Assembly (NCBI GenBank): GCA_002633005.1
Contig: NMRA01000050.1
Location: forward strand, 1,124,718 to 1,188,717
DNA from: Phoronis australis
Lineage: Eukaryota > Animalia > Phoronida
Direction: 5' to 3'
Length of the DNA: 64,000 nt
In this document: piece after piece, positions 59,212 to 64,000 of the stretch
Layout of the letters: every line of letters starts with the position of its first letter
Numbering within the stretch: position 1 is the stretch's first letter
The notes under the pieces: model-generated
Databases searched by the model: none
Seen by the model: only the letters and a program-made list of their open reading frames with translations
Told to the model about the DNA's origin: nothing
Translations under genes and position numbers: made by a program

Positions 59212-62200
59212 TTAATAGCTTGTCCCACTTTCTGTTTCAGGTTGAAGGGATGTTTATGATGTACAGAAGCGAAAGCAGACACACACACTTAGAAAACACA
59301 ATTATGGCACAGAAGTATACACATCAAACCTTCGATGATGTTGTGACGAAAAAAGTGGGTAACACCCTGCGTTATTTATTTTCGTGCCACGTTTCGCCAC
59401 TCATATATTGTTGGAAACTTCTTCCGGGACCTGATGCCCATCAAGTTTGCACTTCGGTTGGTTTTTATTCTTGCTCCCGTAAGACAGCTATCAAAACACC
59501 AACATTCACAGAAGATTTTCAATCTAGAGGGGTATACCAGACTCTCATTGTACGCAACCAGCGACATCTGTTGTACTGGGAGACTGACAGACTAGTGCTG
59601 TGGCAATAAAAGAAGAAGAAAACATAGTCTATCAAAAACTGACTGTCTTGAATTTCTCAAAGTTTACTTGCATGACTTCGTCATTTGAACATCAGCGAAA
59701 CCGATAAAAAATTCTAACGAAAACAGCGAGATGTATTAGGTAACACATCAAACGTACTAGCCTCTAATGGAGTTGTTTCGCAATTACCTTACGTCGAATG
59801 ACATTGCTGCAGAGGCAACAAAACGAAACTGCAAACGTATGCTACCGTGCAACAGGTGTAGACACATTTCGTTTACATATCGTCTACTGACTTCAGTTAA
59901 TGGCCACTCAGACTTTCCTCCATTCCCCACGGGTGGCATAAGAAAAAGTACCCTTCTGTTCCGCAAAGAGCCCCCACCCCCTCCCCCTCAAATTCGCTCT
60001 CCTGACTCTATGTTCGTAATTTTCTCGAATACACCATTTTTTCGAAAACCCATTTTCCGTTCACCCACATTTGGAAAGGAAAACCAAACCTTAGAATAAT
60101 GGCGCATGGGCGTGGACTTACGAGTTCAAGAAAACTGCACAGACATTCCCGGGTCACTTGGCGCTCATTTTAGGACCGAGATTGGAAGAACATAAAGCAA
60201 ATTTATGGGAAGTCAGTGTACACGCTACGTCATTTTTATAGCCAGGAGGACCCACCAAAACAAAATTTCCTAAAATAAACAGTGTCACTGACTTACTCAC
60301 GTATGCAATGCAGTTTGAGATCAGTCAGCTACATTAAAGGCCCGTATGTAAACGCTATGTCTGAATATTAAGATGCAGGCCCTCCCTTTCCGCCGTTTTC
60401 GGAATACGGTTCCTGGGGTTTAATATGAGAACATTTTTGTGCTCGTTATGGCTTCAGGGTAGAGATCAGTAGCTCTCTCGCGGCGAGAAAACTCTAGCCA
60501 AAATCACGTGATCTCTTTTAAAATACATGACAATAATAGTATCTCGCGAAGTTATTACACTAGAATGTCCTAGCGTTACTGAACTCTACCCACGTGTTTT
60601 GCGTTTCAAATCTCAATCGACAAGGTGATGAAATGACAAGATTTTTTAATTAACCAAAGGAACTATTAGTTTTCAACATACGTGTGTCGGCCCGTCGGCT
60701 GTCTTATGCATAGGAAACGTTTGTGTTTACATTTACAGCCTTGCGGCAACGTCGGAAAAAAAGAATCACGTGCTCAAGTATAGGAAAGAGTTTACGTGAA
60801 TTTTGCTTTTCGTAGAATCGTAACATGATTAGCTGTCTGTTTATGCAGAATGCGTGTTCTTTGAATTTTAGTTGTTTGCAATTTATAGAATCTCTCATTT
60901 TTCGCCAAAGTTGAGGAGAGATGCACCATCATGGTCTAGTCCATGTCACGTGATTGACCATAGGCAGGAAATGACATACTGTTCTCTATGAATTCCTTGT
61001 TATTCAAACTTCTGCTTCCTGAGAATATTCTTATTTATTGGCCGCTGCTAGTACATGTAGATCGTCCAGTCATGATCACTAACCTCTTGTGTTGTCTCTG
61101 ACACGCAAACTAAATGTTAACGCTCGCATTTTATTTTAATTCCAATAAAGTATTAGGCATAGCAATATATTCTTGGTATGATGATATTGGAATATTAGAC
61201 ATGCGCTTTGGGATTAATCTTGCAGGCTGTTAAGCACCATCACATGACGTAACATTACTTAGCATCAATTAGTGTGAATGTGATTGACGGCTTTAGCACC
61301 ACACACGAATGTGAATGACACCAGTTTCCTTAAATCAACAGCACAGTGTACTTACATGTATAATATTACATTAAGCGCTGAGTGATTTACGAGTTCCTTA
61401 TCTCGACATTTTAGGTTACATACGGAATTTCTGTTCGGTACTAAAGTAGGTCTATGTACATTCCTACACGTCCCATGACGACAACTTCGGTTTTACTGAA
61501 ACGTGATAGGAGCAAATATCAACTGGAATGGTAGAAATAGAATCCAACAAGAATATTTGCTGGAGGGAAACAGAGTTAGGAATTTATGGGAGAAGGGAAT
61601 TTAGGGAGAAGATGGGTACAGAGAAATGCCGCTACATACCCGAAAGAAGGTTATAAAGCACAATCATGTGAATTAACAAAAAAATGCCTTTGTTCTAAAA
61701 CCTGAAGTCAAATAAGTGAATTTTGTGAAAACAATATTTCACCAATTCAACTAAAAAGGTCAATGTGGATGTTTAAAACGTATTAATCTCCCTCTCCGGA
61801 CACCTTCCTAAACGGATCTCTTTTCATAAGTTGACAAAAATGATGAAGGAATTAAAAAATGATTGACAATAACAATCTTGCGTTCAAATCTTTAATACGA
61901 TAAAAGTCAATAGTCAGCAGTAGTATGTATGTGCATACATGCACGCATATATGTATGTATGTATGTATGTATATCGTCAGCTCAAATTAGTAGCGACCAT
62001 TGAAAGAGCAGCAGTAACTAAATTTGACACAAACTTAAGCCACCAAAATCATCGTTGTGCAAACAAATGCAAAAAGCGTATTAAATTTATGTTTTAAAAC
62101 ATTCGCTGATGCTTGCATTGTTTGCCGAAAATTCATATCTTCATCGTTATATACGTTCATTTATAAGACCATGCGAACCTTCTCAATTGCCGAGTTTTTA

Positions 62201-63708
62201 ATAGCAAAAGGGCAACAAATAGCGCCATCTGCTGTTTAAAAATCTTTCATACGGAGAGCTTTCATTGCTGTTTACAAATACTGTCCCGCCAGACGACGGT
62301 TGGATCACTGGGTTTTTCTTGCAATCAGCAATGTGTTTAGTGCGCTTTTCTCTCATTTTATCTCAATGCCGTTTCTTCAAAAAAAACTGAAGTCTGTTAC
62401 AGTTTTCTTCCTTGCCATTATTGGTTTCTGGTGAAAGTGAGGCTCGACAGGTGGCGGTATTTTCTAAACCGATGAATTTTCACATACGGGACACCTATTT
62501 CATTTTTTACCCAACTTGGTCATGCAGCTCTAGGTGAAGATTTATATAAATAATATGGAAGCATCCGAGATCTCGTTTACTTGCGAAGAACATGCTGTGA
62601 CTGAAAAATATCACTTTGGGTGTACAGGTGGGTCAAGCTGCATTGTCTTTAGGTGCATTGCCCGATATAGAATGGAAAGCTGACGATCTTGAATTTGGCA
62701 TTGCTTGAGCCTTTCAAATAAAAAATGATAAAAAATATCAGAGAAATTTGTTGCTCGGCAGTTCACAGTGATGACAGTTGTAAATTTTGCTATTGTCAAC
62801 ATTTGTTACCCCCGAACTCAACGAAAGACATCTCCCGGCGTGCCGTTTATGCCGATTGCGTCGATGCTTTCCTCGTGTCAAACTCGTCATGTTTTACATA
62901 CCTTCTGTTTAAAAATCGACGTAAGAGTGTTTACTTTTCAAATTTTTAGATCGTGAAGTGCTGTCAGTTCTCGACGGACGTGCACCAAGACAGACGACAG
63001 ATAAGAGAAAAAACAAACACAGTTTGGCAGTAACTTGCGGCGTCTCATAATTTCGGTGCTGAACACATCCTGCGTGTACATGTATGTACAAGGCAGAGTT
63101 GCGCGTACTTATCCCTCAGGTTTTTAGGCTATCTATAGTTTTTGATGTCATGCTCTTGTTTTTTCACAGGATGTAACGGGTATAGCAAAACATTTGTGAT
63201 GCAACCTAAGCTGTTCACTTGATATACATATTCTTGAAACTGAATGCTTCTGAAATGCAAAACACAAACAGAAAAATAACGATGTAAATCATTTCACGGC
63301 CAAGACAGAAATTCACGTTTCGTGTCGACATTCAATACACTCCAACCCGTGATTTCTCCTGTCTACTTTATGTAGCCTACTCGACGCTGGAAATTGGATA
63401 ATAGTCACTTAATGGATCCCATTGAGAATCAGTTTAATGCTCATTATCCAGAGGGGAAAATTGGTTCTCAAAATGCTTCCTCGGGGAGAGAAAATCTAGT
63501 CAAAATCACGACGTGCTCCCATTGAAAATGCACCGCAATATCTCTCAGAATCTCTCAAAATCTTGCTTTCTGGTGAAGTGCTGGTGTTATTGAAATTATG
63601 CGTAGAGTAATGTCTTTTAGTTTACGGGAAAGTACCACTCAGTAGCCTCACTCCTGGGGAAAAAATTGGAAACCCAAGATTCGGTTTTCAGAACTCATAA
63701 TTGAAGCC

Positions 63709-64000
63709 CAGTCTCGCTCCCAAACCTAAAGGTGGTGCTGATCGGTCTAGTCTTTTGAGCCTCGGTTGTGGGAAATACCCTCTGTGCAATGATTGTCACT
63801 GCCTTGACGTCATTAAAGCAAAGACAGATTTAGTTAACGGTTTTTTCACCGGCGTCGCAGCTGCTGCTATTCGTGAAGCAGAAGGCATTGCTTTGGTTAT
63901 AGTTTGAAATAAAGGTTGTTTGTGTACTAGTATTTTCATTTTTAGTGGTATCACAGAATTTAAGATGGAATCAAAATACATCATTTTGTGATCATTTAGA
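63709..64000. mobile_element. Diverged second copy of the 28459-28855 MITE; right end not seen before the window end
   Basis: Aligns with 28459-28660 (e.g. cttgacgtcattaaa, tgaagcagaagg, aataaagg). Confidence 0.6.

Noticed and set aside
59199-59609. 136-aa + strand ORF with a good acceptor near 59240
   Set aside because: No recognisable motif or partner exons; begins in the Kolobok TIR.
62580-63060. Candidate CA first exons on - (micro-exon MFFA near 62580-62600; hydrophobic KLCLFFLLSVVCLG near 62980-63025)
   Set aside because: Neither combines a start codon, a full signal peptide and a phase-1 donor; cannot be chosen without RNA data.
63701-63907. 68-aa ORF with a homologous segment at ~28460-28660, suggesting a small duplicated gene
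   Set aside because: The 28.5-kb copy is frameshifted and bounded by TIRs, so both are MITE copies.

Overview
Intron-rich, AT-rich animal genomic DNA, probably from a marine invertebrate (inferred from repeat content; the species cannot be read from the sequence). I reconstructed three spliced genes by hand using GT-AG boundaries and reading phase. Two are tandem paralogues on the + strand (gene A 5367-24019, ~540 aa; gene B 30655-43729, ~546 aa), each with 10 coding exons. Both encode a signal peptide, a PAN/Apple-like domain and THREE tandem CTHRC1 C-terminal-like domains, with no collagen Gly-X-Y segment. Orphan exon fragments at ~4625-4955 and 25954-26016 point to lost further copies. The third gene is an alpha-carbonic anhydrase on the - strand (48675-56531, first exon not located) with intact Zn ligands and a GPI-type C-terminal tail. 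Introns and intergenic DNA hold two copies of a TTAA-flanked Kolobok-type element, a fossil ISL2EU-like transposon (THAP + YqaJ remnants), Helentron/HINE-like repeats carrying CTCF-like motif arrays, RTE and L1/Tx1 LINE 3' fragments, several MITEs, microsatellites and one assembly gap. Most ORFs in the supplied track are spurious or are exon read-throughs. Family assignments rest on recalled motifs, not database searches.
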